From assembly GCA_011049115.1 (NCBI GenBank), contig DSCM01000133.1, forward strand, positions 6,849 through 70,848: a DNA stretch of 64,000 bases, in the 5' to 3' direction. Both the position numbers and the translations under genes were made by a program. Below the pieces are notes generated by a model. It did no database searches. It had not been told where the DNA came from and saw only the letters and a program-made list of their open reading frames with translations. This stretch comes from Pseudomonadota bacterium (GTDB lineage Bacteria; Desulfobacterota; Anaeroferrophillalia; Anaeroferrophillales; Tharpellaceae). Positions 48,640 through 59,001 of this stretch are shown here, in pieces; the first letter of the stretch is position 1, and each line of letters starts with the position of its first letter.

Positions 48640-51600
48640 CTATTTGATTTTAATCTCAACCTCTCGACCGGCAACCGTTTCCGCCTCCGCAGCCGGCAAT
48701 TGCGGTTCCAGCAGAAAAAGGCGGCGGTTCTCAACCGGTCCCCGCTCCGCCAGATACGACATTACCGCCCGCGCCCGATGTTGCGCCAGCAAGAGCAGAT
48801 CGGCATCACTGACCTTGACAAAATCACGCAGTCGGGCTTCCTGCAGAAGCGCTTCAATCTTTTTGACCAGTCCCAGAAGATTCTTCTCCTTGACGAAAGG
48901 AGCGGTCTTGTAGGCCCGCCAGAGATAATGCTCGAATTCGGATTCAGTCACCACCACCTCCGCGAGCTCTGAAGCGCCCCCTCCACTGCCGCCTTTTTCC
49001 TTGAATTTTTCGGCTTTGAGCAGATGCTGAAAACGTTCCTCAGATAAAACCTGACGATCACTTACAGACGCAGCCCGGCCTTGAATCTCAACCTTGAGAG
49101 CGGGCCGCTGAAAAAGAACCGCGGCCAGCTTGTCTAGACGACTGCGGGCCATTTCGTCAAGTTCAAAGCGACCGGGCGCAAATTCAACCCGGTTAAGTTC
49201 CTCGCTATCCCCCACCAGGGCCCCCAGCAAAGAAAAGGGGGAGGTTACCGCCTTGGTCACCAGATTGACGAAAATCTTGAAAACCACCCCGCCCAAACTG
49301 AATTTCGGGTCATCCAGATCACCGCGAACCGGGACCCGCAGATGAATTTCCCCCTGCCGATCACGAAGCAGGGCGACCGCCAGGGTGACCGGCAGATTCA
49401 GAGACTGAGAGCTTTCCACCGCCTCGCCGAAAGCAAACTGATCCAGAAAAATCCGGTTGTTGGAGAACAGGTTACGATCTTCAAGCTTGATTTCTAGATC
49501 AAGCGACAGTTTCCCCTTGCCGATGGTCTGGCCGAGATACCTGCCCGAATAAGGAGTAAGTTCGGTCATGCCGAAATCCTGACAGCTGATTTTCAGATCG
49601 GCGAAGAGCTCTCGTCCCAGAGGATCAAGCTCGCCGGTAATCTTAAGCGGGGAATGATGATTCAGGCGACCGCTGAAATTCACGGTGGCCTCTTTTTCTT
49701 CCAGCGAATTCAAACCCTGCACCCTGCCGTTTAATTCATCCAGGACAAGTTCATAGTGCGGTTCCAGAGTACGGTCAAGGTAAAATAACGCGCTGTCCGT
49801 CAGGACTAATTCTTTGAGCTTAAACAAGGCTTCGTGGTTCTGTTCCTGTATCTCATCCTCAACCACCATGGGATTCGCGGCGGCCTTTTTCGATCGCAGA
49901 ACCAGCGCCAGAGAGTTGCTGCCATCCGGCTCTTTGACCAGGCTGGCCTTCAGAGCCTGAATCGACACCCGCTCCAGCTGCACCGCCAAAGGCTGGGACC
50001 TAAGGCTCAGGCCATCACAAGTCAACTTTTCAAGTTTAACGAATTCCTGCGCCTGGGAACCGGCAAGGGCTTGCAGATCGCGCAGTCCGGCGCCGCCGGA
50101 GAACGAGATTTCCGGACCGCTCTCAAGCCGTCGTAAACTCAGATGACCTTTCAACCCGGCCACGCCCCGAGTCAACAAAAGATCAAAATATCCCTGCAGA
50201 TAGGGTTGCAGCGAAGACAACGCCAGATTCTCCAGCCGCAAATCTAACTCAGCCCCGAGGGGATCGAGAACCAGCGGTCCCTGCGCTTTGAGAGTCCCTC
50301 CTGCGCCCAGCTGCAGAAACAGACGGGCGAAGCCTGAGGAAGGTTTCGCGCCAAAACCGACCTTTTCGAGCTCAAGATCCAGCTGTTTGACTTTCAAGGT
50401 GGCCCCGGCGGCCGGCATCAGGTCTTTGAAAACAGCGGTAAATTTATGCAGACCGGCCTTTTCCAGATAAACCTGCCAGGGCTCAGTCGCCCGGGAACCG
50501 TCAGCGACCGTCGGCGCCGAGGAAGTAACCGGAGGCAGCAACCCGGACCAGTCCAGTTCGCCATCACCATTCCGCAACAAATCCAGTTTTCCCCCGACGG
50601 CCTTGAGCGAATCAATCCGGACGGCTTTTTGCCGAAAATCAATCCGCCCTCCGGCAAGTTCGAATTCCGGCAGAGCAAAAACCTCACGGCCGGCTTCCGC
50701 GCGCAGCTGCAGATCCTTCATGCGCACGGCCAAGTCATTGAGCGACAACTCCTTTTCCGCGGCCGAAAAAAACAGGCCGCCGCCCAGATCAATCCGGCCG
50801 TCGACAAAATGCCCCCGAAAATAGTCATGATAATAAGCCCGATAACGCTCCGGCGACAGATTGCCGCAGGCAAAATCAAGCCGGAGCGCCAGTGGTTCAC
50901 TGTCCAGTTCTCCAGCCGCCACCAGGGTTTCCCCGGCACCACTGGTCAACTTGAGGTGATACTTGGCGGTCCGCTCCAATCCACTGGCGAAATTCTGCAG
51001 AGAAAAGTCAAGGTCATTAAATACGGCTGTAAAACCCGGGCTGACCCGCTCATCCCGAAGGTTAACCCGACCATGTTCAATCCACAGTCGGTCCAGAGTA
51101 AAAACCGGGACAGATTTATTATCCCGGTCATTTTGCCGGCCGGTTTCCGGGGTCCGCACCGCAGCCGGAGCCGCAGATTCACCGCCGGACATCGGTGCAA
51201 CGGAACCCTCACCACCTCCCGCCGCGCCGGAAGCCTTATCAACCAGCTGTAAGGAAGGCAACCGAAGTTCGCCATTAGCCTGAAGGCACAGATTCAGCTC
51301 CGGTTCTTTAAAACGCACTTCCCCGAGAAAAATCTCCCCGGCCAGGAGGTTTCCCGGCGCGATCCCGACGACGACTTCCGGCAATAAAAAGAAGCGCTGG
51401 TCTTGATTCTCTCCCAGCCCCCCCAAACTGAGTTCTTGCAAAATAACCGTGCCCTCCAGGCTGAGCCTGGCCGACTGGTTTTCAGACTGATTGAAGATCA
51501 GTTCCAGCCGGCTGGACAAGCGCCCCTGATGCAAAACGAAGTTCCGGGAACCCGGCAGATAAGCCAGATAATGCGGCAGATCAAGATTGTCGATATCGAT

Positions 51601-52290
51601 CTGAAAACGGGTTGCAAGCGAATCGGCGAAGGGTTTGATGGTGCCGCTCAAAACGAAAGGTGTGCCGTTAACCACCGCAGCGAAAGTAGGCTCCACATGG
51701 GTTTCAAGATGAATCGGCAAGTTGGAAATCCGCGGCAGATTGAGGTTGATCTGCTCGGCCCGATGCACAACCCCATGAAAATCGTCGCTGAATTCGATCG
51801 CCGCACCACTCAACCTAATATTATTTAAGGAGAAATGGAAAACGTCTTTGGCTCCGTTTTCCGGCGCCAAAGGTTGGAAGAATAGGGGGAAATCGGCAAA
51901 ATTATAACTGGCATCCTGATTTCTGACTATCCGCAGAAAGGCTCCCGCAACCGTCACCTCTTCCATGACCAGAGCCCGGTTGGCCAAGGACAGAAAACCA
52001 GCCAGATCAAATCTGAGTTGCTCAAACCTGGCCAACGGAATTTCCCCCTGCCGGGCCTCGATCTGCAACCCCTCGAGCTCAAGCAATAACGTAAAAGGAT
52101 TGAATTTTACCTTTTCGATCTTCGTTGAACGATCCAGTTGCAAGGTAAATTCCTTTTCCAGACGTGCATCGATCAGATGCGGCAGCAAGAAAAATCCCAG
52201 CAGGCTGTAAAGCGCGAGCAGAACGACCACGAGCCCGCCGAACCTGCGCCCGAAGAAGGTAATTTTATCTCGTTTTTTTGCCTCAGACAT
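48640..52290 (-). CDS. DUF748 domain protein (AsmA-like beta-groove with C-terminal OmpA-like region)
   Basis: N-terminal TM, FNPFTL, repeated beta-rich units, LPV.LAVALL.D..G.I.L..PV.GDL.DP.F and KAVTSPF. Confidence 0.8.
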   Translation of the reverse strand: MSEAKKRDKITFFGRRFGGLVVVLLALYSLLGFFLLPHLIDARLEKEFTLQLDRSTKIEKVKFNPFTLLLELEGLQIEARQGEIPLARFEQLRFDLAGFLSLANRALVMEEVTVAGAFLRIVRNQDASYNFADFPLFFQPLAPENGAKDVFHFSLNNIRLSGAAIEFSDDFHGVVHRAEQINLNLPRISNLPIHLETHVEPTFAAVVNGTPFVLSGTIKPFADSLATRFQIDIDNLDLPHYLAYLPGSRNFVLHQGRLSSRLELIFNQSENQSARLSLEGTVILQELSLGGLGENQDQRFFLLPEVVVGIAPGNLLAGEIFLGEVRFKEPELNLCLQANGELRLPSLQLVDKASGAAGGGEGSVAPMSGGESAAPAAVRTPETGRQNDRDNKSVPVFTLDRLWIEHGRVNLRDERVSPGFTAVFNDLDFSLQNFASGLERTAKYHLKLTSGAGETLVAAGELDSEPLALRLDFACGNLSPERYRAYYHDYFRGHFVDGRIDLGGGLFFSAAEKELSLNDLAVRMKDLQLRAEAGREVFALPEFELAGGRIDFRQKAVRIDSLKAVGGKLDLLRNGDGELDWSGLLPPVTSSAPTVADGSRATEPWQVYLEKAGLHKFTAVFKDLMPAAGATLKVKQLDLELEKVGFGAKPSSGFARLFLQLGAGGTLKAQGPLVLDPLGAELDLRLENLALSSLQPYLQGYFDLLLTRGVAGLKGHLSLRRLESGPEISFSGGAGLRDLQALAGSQAQEFVKLEKLTCDGLSLRSQPLAVQLERVSIQALKASLVKEPDGSNSLALVLRSKKAAANPMVVEDEIQEQNHEALFKLKELVLTDSALFYLDRTLEPHYELVLDELNGRVQGLNSLEEKEATVNFSGRLNHHSPLKITGELDPLGRELFADLKISCQDFGMTELTPYSGRYLGQTIGKGKLSLDLEIKLEDRNLFSNNRIFLDQFAFGEAVESSQSLNLPVTLAVALLRDRQGEIHLRVPVRGDLDDPKFSLGGVVFKIFVNLVTKAVTSPFSLLGALVGDSEELNRVEFAPGRFELDEMARSRLDKLAAVLFQRPALKVEIQGRAASVSDRQVLSEERFQHLLKAEKFKEKGGSGGGASELAEVVVTESEFEHYLWRAYKTAPFVKEKNLLGLVKKIEALLQEARLRDFVKVSDADLLLLAQHRARAVMSYLAERGPVENRRLFLLEPQLPAAEAETVAGREVEIKIK

Positions 52291-52512
52291 TAGACATTTT
52301 TCAACCTCCCTTCCTCTTAAATTAACTCCGGCAGATCACCAGCCCGTTTAACTCTCACAACTGAAATCGACAAAATTGATCAGACGCCCAGACCCACAGC
52401 CATCCTGCCAGACTGTCGTCTTGGCTTGGCCAAAAAAATTTGTTTCAAAACCGTTTTCAAGCATAACAATTAAACCCGGCAATGGCAACCTTTCTCACAG
52501 CTAAACCACATT

Positions 52513-52547
52513 ATAAATCATGGGCCCAGATAAATCATGGGCCCAGA
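52513..52547. repeat. perfect 17-bp tandem duplication ATAAATCATGGGCCCAG x2
   Basis: Copies at 52513-52529 and 52530-52546. Confidence 0.9.
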
Positions 52548-52719
52548 GAGGAATACGGCCCTGCGCCAGAGACTTAAAAAAACCGCCTCGGCAAACATGC
52601 CAAACCGTTACTATTCAGATAAAAAAATATTCAAAGAATACAATTTGTAGTACTGAGATAGGTTATCGGGCCCGCCCAGCCAATATAAAGTGTAAGGTCT
52701 TGAGCAAGAGGAGAATGAT

Positions 52720-53649
52720 ATGAAGATTTTCATTACCGGGGGAAGCGGATTTGTGGGCCGGCACCTGACCCGCGAACTCTCCGCCAGACATCATCAGGTG
52801 ACGATTCTGACCCGAAGGCCGGAATCAGGACGGGGACTGCCTTTCGGAGTCGACTACTGCATCGGAGATCCCAATCTGCCGGGTCCTTGGCAGGAAAGTT
52901 TGAGTCGGCATGAGCTGGTTATCAATCTTGCCGGAGCTTCGATTTTTTCCCGCTGGACCGACAGTAAAAAAGCTGAAATCCGCGACAGTCGTATCCGCAC
53001 CACCCGCCATCTGGTTGACGGCATTGAAATGGCGACCGCCGCAAACCACAAGATCGCCCTGTTAAGCACCTCGGCCGTCGGCTACTACGGCAACCGCGGC
53101 GACGCAAAAGTCGAGGAAAACGACCCGGCGGGCGTCGACTTTCTCGCCCAAGTGGCAAGCGCATGGGAAAGAGAGGCTTTGCGGGCGGAAAACTTCGGGG
53201 CCAGGGTTGTACTCTGCCGTTTTGGTATCGTTCTGGGCCCCGACGGTGGGGCTCTGAGTAAAATGCTGCCCCTTTTCAGATGGGGGCTCGGCAGCCATGT
53301 GGCCAGCGGCCGACAGTGGTTCCCCTGGATTCACCAAAGCGAACTTTCGCGGATTTTCACTTTTCTTGTCGAGCAGACCAATTTAAGCGGAGTTTTTAAC
53401 TGCGTTACCCCAGAACCCGTTACCAACGCAGAATTTTCCCGACAACTGGCCGCCGCTCTACAACGCTGGACCTTGCCGCTGGGCGTTCCGGAGCTGTTCC
53501 TGAAACTGACCCTGGGCGAGATGGCCTCGGTTCTGCTCGGCGGCCAGCGCGTCAGCCCGACCCGTCTGCTGGCCGCCGGGTATAAATTCAGTTTTCCCAA
53601 CCTGAAGGAAGCCCTGGCCGACCTGCTCAGAGATCAATCGTTTAGATAA
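52720..53649 (+). CDS. NAD-dependent epimerase family protein (TIGR01777/YfcH-like)
   Basis: ITGGSGFVG, INLAGASI..RW, SAVGYYG, RFGIVLG..GGAL, QWFPWIH. Confidence 0.88.
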   Translation: MKIFITGGSGFVGRHLTRELSARHHQVTILTRRPESGRGLPFGVDYCIGDPNLPGPWQESLSRHELVINLAGASIFSRWTDSKKAEIRDSRIRTTRHLVDGIEMATAANHKIALLSTSAVGYYGNRGDAKVEENDPAGVDFLAQVASAWEREALRAENFGARVVLCRFGIVLGPDGGALSKMLPLFRWGLGSHVASGRQWFPWIHQSELSRIFTFLVEQTNLSGVFNCVTPEPVTNAEFSRQLAAALQRWTLPLGVPELFLKLTLGEMASVLLGGQRVSPTRLLAAGYKFSFPNLKEALADLLRDQSFR

Positions 53650-55721
53650 AAAAAAGGCGCTTCCGGCTTCCCGGCCAGGGAAAAGGAAAACGTCTTTTCA
53701 GCGGCGACCACGCCCCGGAAATCAAGTTTTCGGCCGACGCTGTAATAGCGTCCGCGAGCCTGAAGCTCCGGACCGGCGCCGTTGATTTTAAAATCATTCA
53801 GGGACCAGACCTGTTTGCGCACGGAAAACCCTCCGGAACAGGAAGAAAACTCCTTCTTCAGAGCGCTCAGACCGGAGTCCTCGAGAAAACGGTTACCGGC
53901 CAGCCAGAGCGGCACTGCGGCAATCCGCCCCCGGCGCAGCTGCCATTTGCCGTTAAGATCCAGATTATCGTCAATCACGCCTCGCAACGGCAAGCGCCCC
54001 CCGCCGACCATGGCGACGTCCAAGATTCCGCTCAACGGCAAATCCGCTAAAAATTTATCCACTTCTATATTTTTACAAACCAGGGACGTGCGCCAGCGCG
54101 GTTCATGCAACAGCTCATCCAAAAGCAACGAAATGCGCAGTTCTCCCTGGCCAGCGCAGTAGACAATCAGACGTTCAATCTCAAGCTGGGCCAAGTCCTT
54201 GCGGCCGACCAGATTAAATTCGGAAAAGTCATGACCGGAAAGATGCAGCCGCCTGATGCTGCAGTTGCCATCCAGAAACCACCTCCAGCCCGCAGCCTGT
54301 TCCAGCAGCGTCGCGGCCGCCGTCAGATAATCCCTGCCGGAAAAAGGTGCGGCGGCAACCCCGCCCATCGGTTCCGGGTCTGTTTCTGAATTTTTCGCGC
54401 CGGAGCCAACCGGGTTTGCGGTCGAATCCTCTGTTGTGAGCTGTTCCTGATGCCGGTGCAGCGTGAGCGACTCGGAACTGAGCTCCACTTTCAGAACCGG
54501 AGTTTCAAAGGGATTGCCCACCAGTTTGCATTCCCCGGTCAGGGCACCCTGCAGGGAATAAGGCGCCAGACTGCGGCTCGGAACCCGAGCCAAAACCTGA
54601 GCCAGGCTTTCAACCCTGAAACTGCTGACCAGATCGACGAAAAAAGGTTCCCGAAAACGAATCAGTCCCCGAGTAAAAAAAGCCGCCGCACCGGGATAGG
54701 CAAAAGCCGCATTTTTCAGATTAAGATAACCTTCACGGCGCTGAAAGAAACCGGCAAAACCCACATTACAGGAACCGCTGGACCATATTTCTCCAGAGTC
54801 GGTTGCCGCCGGAGCAACAATCTGATGCTCCGCGGCGCGACAGTGACTATTAAAACGCAGGCCCGCCCGCGGGTCTCCGCTCAGATCAAACTCCAAATCG
54901 GCTTCGCTGAAATCCGCGCGCCAGAGCCCTGACTGAGTCGAATCCTCCCGGGAACTCAGGCCAAGGCTCACAGCCTGCGGCAGAGTGAGCTTATGCAGGC
55001 GGCAACTAACCTCCAAATGTTCATTCCCTTCCGCAGGTTGCGATGTTTCTGCAGACGACATCGCCTCCCCCAAGCGATAACGTATCAGTTTAAAGCTGCC
55101 CCGGCCACCCAGAAGAGCAGCGGTCGCATCGAGATTGACACTCTGATTACCAGGCCGCAAGTTCCAGCTGCCGGCACATTCGCTAAGCGTCAAAGGAAAG
55201 GTGAAACCGGGAATATCAGGCAGGCGAACCATCAGGTCATGCCACGACAAACGCAGAGGATCGCGGCCAAAATTCAGCTCTGCGGCGGAAAATAACTCAG
55301 CCATCCGCTCGAAGACGGTATCCGGCTCACTTCCGGCACCGTCGGCACCGTCTTCCGCGCCCCGCAGGGCTGCCCAGCAGACCTCGGCGACCCCATTTTC
55401 AAGGCTGATTTCTGAAAACCTGGGCGCCAGAGCCAAAAGGGAGGGCCAGGAGAAGTAAAACCTGAGAGAGTTGATTCTGAGATTGGAACCGTTGTTCGCC
55501 GCAGTACTTAAACCTTGTGCCAAGATCGCGGGACGCGGCAAAAGCGCAAGCCTTACCGACTCTAGGTGACAAGGCTGTCGCAAGCCTTGAGCCAGATCAT
55601 CGCTCAGAGAGCGACGCCAACCCTCCTGTGGAAACAAGGGGACGAGCAAGACCGCTCCCAGCAGCAGCGCCGGCAAACTCACCCACCCAGAGCGACGAAC
55701 CAAGAATTTGCCCCAGAACAT
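53634..55721 (-). CDS. AsmA-like envelope protein
   Basis: N-terminal hydrophobic anchor, beta-rich body, AsmA-C-like tail; start abuts the mdh stop. Confidence 0.55.
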   Translation of the reverse strand: MFWGKFLVRRSGWVSLPALLLGAVLLVPLFPQEGWRRSLSDDLAQGLRQPCHLESVRLALLPRPAILAQGLSTAANNGSNLRINSLRFYFSWPSLLALAPRFSEISLENGVAEVCWAALRGAEDGADGAGSEPDTVFERMAELFSAAELNFGRDPLRLSWHDLMVRLPDIPGFTFPLTLSECAGSWNLRPGNQSVNLDATAALLGGRGSFKLIRYRLGEAMSSAETSQPAEGNEHLEVSCRLHKLTLPQAVSLGLSSREDSTQSGLWRADFSEADLEFDLSGDPRAGLRFNSHCRAAEHQIVAPAATDSGEIWSSGSCNVGFAGFFQRREGYLNLKNAAFAYPGAAAFFTRGLIRFREPFFVDLVSSFRVESLAQVLARVPSRSLAPYSLQGALTGECKLVGNPFETPVLKVELSSESLTLHRHQEQLTTEDSTANPVGSGAKNSETDPEPMGGVAAAPFSGRDYLTAAATLLEQAAGWRWFLDGNCSIRRLHLSGHDFSEFNLVGRKDLAQLEIERLIVYCAGQGELRISLLLDELLHEPRWRTSLVCKNIEVDKFLADLPLSGILDVAMVGGGRLPLRGVIDDNLDLNGKWQLRRGRIAAVPLWLAGNRFLEDSGLSALKKEFSSCSGGFSVRKQVWSLNDFKINGAGPELQARGRYYSVGRKLDFRGVVAAEKTFSFSLAGKPEAPFFYLND

Positions 55722-56650
55722 CAGATTTTCAGTCTGTCAAGCAAAGCCTGAATCCCTAGCTGAGCCTTATCAAGGGCAGCCCGCTCCCGGGAATCAAGCT
55801 GCAACTCGATGATGCTTTCGCAGCCTTGGGCCCCCAGTTTCACCGGAACCCCAAAAACACAGTCCGAAATACCATATTCGCCCTGCAACAGAATCGTCGC
55901 CGGCAGAATCCTTTTACGATCCTTGATGATGGCTTCGACCATGCGACCAATAGCGGCGGCCGGGGCATAAAAGGCGCTGCCGGTTTTCAGGAAAGAAACA
56001 ATTTCGGCTCCGCCGTTACGGGTGCGTTCAACTATCGCGTCAATTCTTTCCTGGCTCATCAGGTTCGGCAGGGGGATTCCCGAAACCGTTACATAGCGGG
56101 GCAGGGGAACCAGGTTTTCACCCTGTCCACCCAAAACACAAGCCGTGACATCAGCAACCGAAACCTGAAGCTCTGCGGCAATAAAAGAACTCATTCGGGC
56201 GGCATCGAGAACACCCGCCATGCCCAGAACCCGATGGCGGGGAAGGCCACTCACCTGAGTGGCCACATAGACCATGGCCTCCAGGGGGTTGGTGACCACC
56301 AGCAGAAAAGCGTTGGGTGAATATTTGACGATCCTCTGGGTTACAAAAGAGATGATGGAACTGTTTTTTTTAAGCAGGTCATCACGGCTCATCCCCGGCT
56401 TGCGCGCCAGACCGGCAGTAACGATAACGACATCGGAGTCCGCCGTGTCGGCATAGCTGTTGGTGCCGGTGATCGAGACATCATACCCGTCCAGAGGAGA
56501 AGCCTCCGCCAGATCCAGGGCTTTACCCTGAGGCAGTCCATCAACCACATCATAAAGAACAATATCTCCCAGCTCGCGGGAGATCAGCCAGAGAGCGCAA
56601 GCGGCTCCGACATTGCCGGCACCGACGATAGTTATTTTTTTCCTATTCAC
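55721..56650 (-). CDS. mdh: LDH-like malate dehydrogenase homolog with catalytic His replaced by Gln
   Basis: VGAGNVG, QGKALD, TAGLARKPGMSRDDL, GMAGVLD..R, GSAFYAPA; reads VLGGQGE where the family has VLGGHGD. Confidence 0.85.
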   Translation of the reverse strand: MNRKKITIVGAGNVGAACALWLISRELGDIVLYDVVDGLPQGKALDLAEASPLDGYDVSITGTNSYADTADSDVVIVTAGLARKPGMSRDDLLKKNSSIISFVTQRIVKYSPNAFLLVVTNPLEAMVYVATQVSGLPRHRVLGMAGVLDAARMSSFIAAELQVSVADVTACVLGGQGENLVPLPRYVTVSGIPLPNLMSQERIDAIVERTRNGGAEIVSFLKTGSAFYAPAAAIGRMVEAIIKDRKRILPATILLQGEYGISDCVFGVPVKLGAQGCESIIELQLDSRERAALDKAQLGIQALLDRLKI

Positions 56651-56686
56651 CAGAGTCCCGTTCCCGATTCAGGCAAGATTCACCAG

Positions 56687-57163
56687 CTAAAACAATGCCG
56701 CCAGCCGCACATTGGCCTGGCGCAGACGCAGGAGCTGCAAAAAAGCCATTCCCCGCCACAAACGCGCGGCGGTTTCCGGAAAAGCAACTTCTAACGCCGC
56801 CGCCCCGACGCCATCCAGGGTCAACAGCCCGGCATCCGTAACCGCCCGCAAGGTGGTTGAATGACAACTTTCATCGGCAAAAACAAGTTCCCCAATCGTG
56901 GCCCCATCAGCAAATTCCGCCATGATTATCGGTTTATCCCACCCCGGGGTTTTTTTGACCGCCTCCAGCCGCCCATTGATGACACAAATCAACAGACTGC
57001 TCTTCTGACCCTCTTCCCAGAGAGTTTCACCGGCGGAAACATTTTGCCGGCTTGCGAACCCGGCGAAATTTTCCCAGTCAGGCAGCGTACAGAATCTGAA
57101 CAGAGGAGAAACCTGCCAGGCAAAAACGGAAACCAATCCTGCAACCACTTGAACCTCAGCCAT
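56687..57163 (-). CDS. stand-alone cyclic-nucleotide-binding domain protein
   Basis: AGETLWEEG, VINGRLE, G.TIGEL, STTLRA; no HTH tail; overlaps the end of mlaC. Confidence 0.7.
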   Translation of the reverse strand: MAEVQVVAGLVSVFAWQVSPLFRFCTLPDWENFAGFASRQNVSAGETLWEEGQKSSLLICVINGRLEAVKKTPGWDKPIIMAEFADGATIGELVFADESCHSTTLRAVTDAGLLTLDGVGAAALEVAFPETAARLWRGMAFLQLLRLRQANVRLAALF

Positions 57164-57782
57164 CACTGTCTTTTTCGTTTGCGGCAAGCTTTTCTTCCAT
57201 CTGGGCAACCAGGCCGGCAAAGCCCTTCTTTTTCACAATCGGAGCAAACTGACTGCGATAATTACGCACCAGGCTGACATTTTCAATGATGACATCATAC
57301 ACCAGCCAGCGGCCGGCAGTCCCCAATTGCAGTTTGTAACTCAAAGGAATTTCCCGGCCATTGCCGATGACCAGGGTCAGCACCTCGGCCTTTTCCCCGT
57401 CAACTATCTCCTTGACATAGACAACTTCTTCGTTGGCATAGCTGTCAATGGTTGCAATATAGCTTTTTTCCAGCAGTTTCCGGTAAAGCTCAATAAAATT
57501 ACGGCATTCATTCTCATGCAAATCATTCCAGTCACGCCCCAGCGAAAGCTTAGCCATGCGCGGCAGATCAAACTGAGTAAACACCACCTCGGTAATCCGC
57601 TGGCGACGGAGGACCAGGTTCTCGTCTCCCTTCAGAGCTTGATCCCGCAAAACCTCAAGGAGCAGGTTGATACTGGCCTCTAGCTGGCGCCGGGGACCGA
57701 CCTCTTCCCCGCCGAGCAGCGACTGCGGCAGAACAAAAGCCATCAAGCATAAAACCATGCCTAGAAAACGAACGCGGGCCAT
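57156..57782 (-). CDS. mlaC: periplasmic phospholipid-binding protein MlaC/Ttg2D
   Basis: Signal peptide, FD..RMA..SLG..W, WLVYDVIIENVSLVRNYRSQF. Confidence 0.9.
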   Translation of the reverse strand: MARVRFLGMVLCLMAFVLPQSLLGGEEVGPRRQLEASINLLLEVLRDQALKGDENLVLRRQRITEVVFTQFDLPRMAKLSLGRDWNDLHENECRNFIELYRKLLEKSYIATIDSYANEEVVYVKEIVDGEKAEVLTLVIGNGREIPLSYKLQLGTAGRWLVYDVIIENVSLVRNYRSQFAPIVKKKGFAGLVAQMEEKLAANEKDSDG

Positions 57783-57816
57783 CAAAAAAACTCCGTAGGA
57801 TTTAAGACGTTAACGA

Positions 57817-58545
57817 TTACGGCAGAATTTCACGCCGATGTTGCTGAAAGGCATCGCGCACCGCAAGATACGGATCAAGCGCGCCACTGAGCATTTTCTC
57901 ATATTCACCCAAGCGGAACGAGGTCCGGTTGATGGCATTGGAACCCTGCACCGCGACCGCACTCACGGGGTTCTGGTAGAGGGCATAAAAAAGCGGCGAG
58001 GCCAGAGTATCTCCACCCAGACCAAGGATGCCGCGAAAATCATGCGGTCCCCAAAAAGGCAGGACCAGATAGGGACCGCTACCCATCCCGTAGGTCGCGA
58101 GGGTCGAGGCAAACTGATATTCATGGGATTTCAGGCCGTCATAGGAGGCTGGATCCATCAGTCCGCCGACCCCCACGGTACTATTCAGCATAAACCGTAA
58201 AAACGACTCTTCCGCGGCTTTGAAGCGACCCTGAAGCAGACAATTGATAACCCGGGTGGGTTCCAGCAGATTACTGAAAAAGTTGAGCAGGCCGGTACGG
58301 AACAAACTCGGGGTTACGATTTTATAGCCCCGGGCAACCGGTTCCAGAACCCAGAGCTGCAGACGATCATTAAAAACAAAGAACACCCGGTTTAAAACTT
58401 CAAGTGGATCTTTGACGGAAACCGCCTCGCCGTCATATTCAGCGAACTCATCCGTCTCTAGCCCCGGCGGTTGCGAAAATCCGGGAGTCATATTCCAGAA
58501 CAATAAAGCGACCGCCAAAAAAATCACCAGTATTTGCCGAGACAT
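57817..58545 (-). CDS. mlaA: VacJ/MlaA family protein
   Basis: DPLE.LNR..F.FND, NFFSNL.EP, RF.LNSTVG.GGL.D, GPYLVLPFWGP. Confidence 0.9.
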   Translation of the reverse strand: MSRQILVIFLAVALLFWNMTPGFSQPPGLETDEFAEYDGEAVSVKDPLEVLNRVFFVFNDRLQLWVLEPVARGYKIVTPSLFRTGLLNFFSNLLEPTRVINCLLQGRFKAAEESFLRFMLNSTVGVGGLMDPASYDGLKSHEYQFASTLATYGMGSGPYLVLPFWGPHDFRGILGLGGDTLASPLFYALYQNPVSAVAVQGSNAINRTSFRLGEYEKMLSGALDPYLAVRDAFQQHRREILP

Positions 58546-58557
58546 GTAAATCCCCTG

Positions 58558-59001
58558 TTACTCAACTTTACCAAAAACATATTTGCTGATCAAAGCCTCC
58601 AGATCGACGGCAGATTCGGTTTCGGTTATTTTACCGCCGTCCGGCAGAAAATCCTCCTCGGCTCCGGGTGTCAACTGCACGTACTTATCTCCGATTATAC
58701 CCTGGGTTTTAATGGAAGCAAAAACATCGCTGCCGATTTTTACTTCAGGCTTCACCAGCAGTGCGACCCGGGCTCGATCCTCATGCAGCGAGATACTTGC
58801 GACCTTACCGACTTCAACCCCGGCGATTTCAACCCGGGCTCCGCTTTTAAGGCCACTGACCGAGATAAAATCAGCATAAACACGATAATAATTTCCGCCG
58901 AAAAATTCAAGGCCGCCAAGATTAAGGGTCAGATAGGCGATCGCGAGCAGACCGACGAGCATGAAAGCCCCGACCGTTATCTCCAGATTAAATCTTTTCA
59001 T
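58558..59001 (-). CDS. mlaD: MCE-domain protein MlaD
   Basis: TM helix, VSGLK.GA.VEIAGV.VG.V, IKTQGIIGDKYV.L.PG. Confidence 0.92.
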   Translation of the reverse strand: MKRFNLEITVGAFMLVGLLAIAYLTLNLGGLEFFGGNYYRVYADFISVSGLKSGARVEIAGVEVGKVASISLHEDRARVALLVKPEVKIGSDVFASIKTQGIIGDKYVQLTPGAEEDFLPDGGKITETESAVDLEALISKYVFGKVE

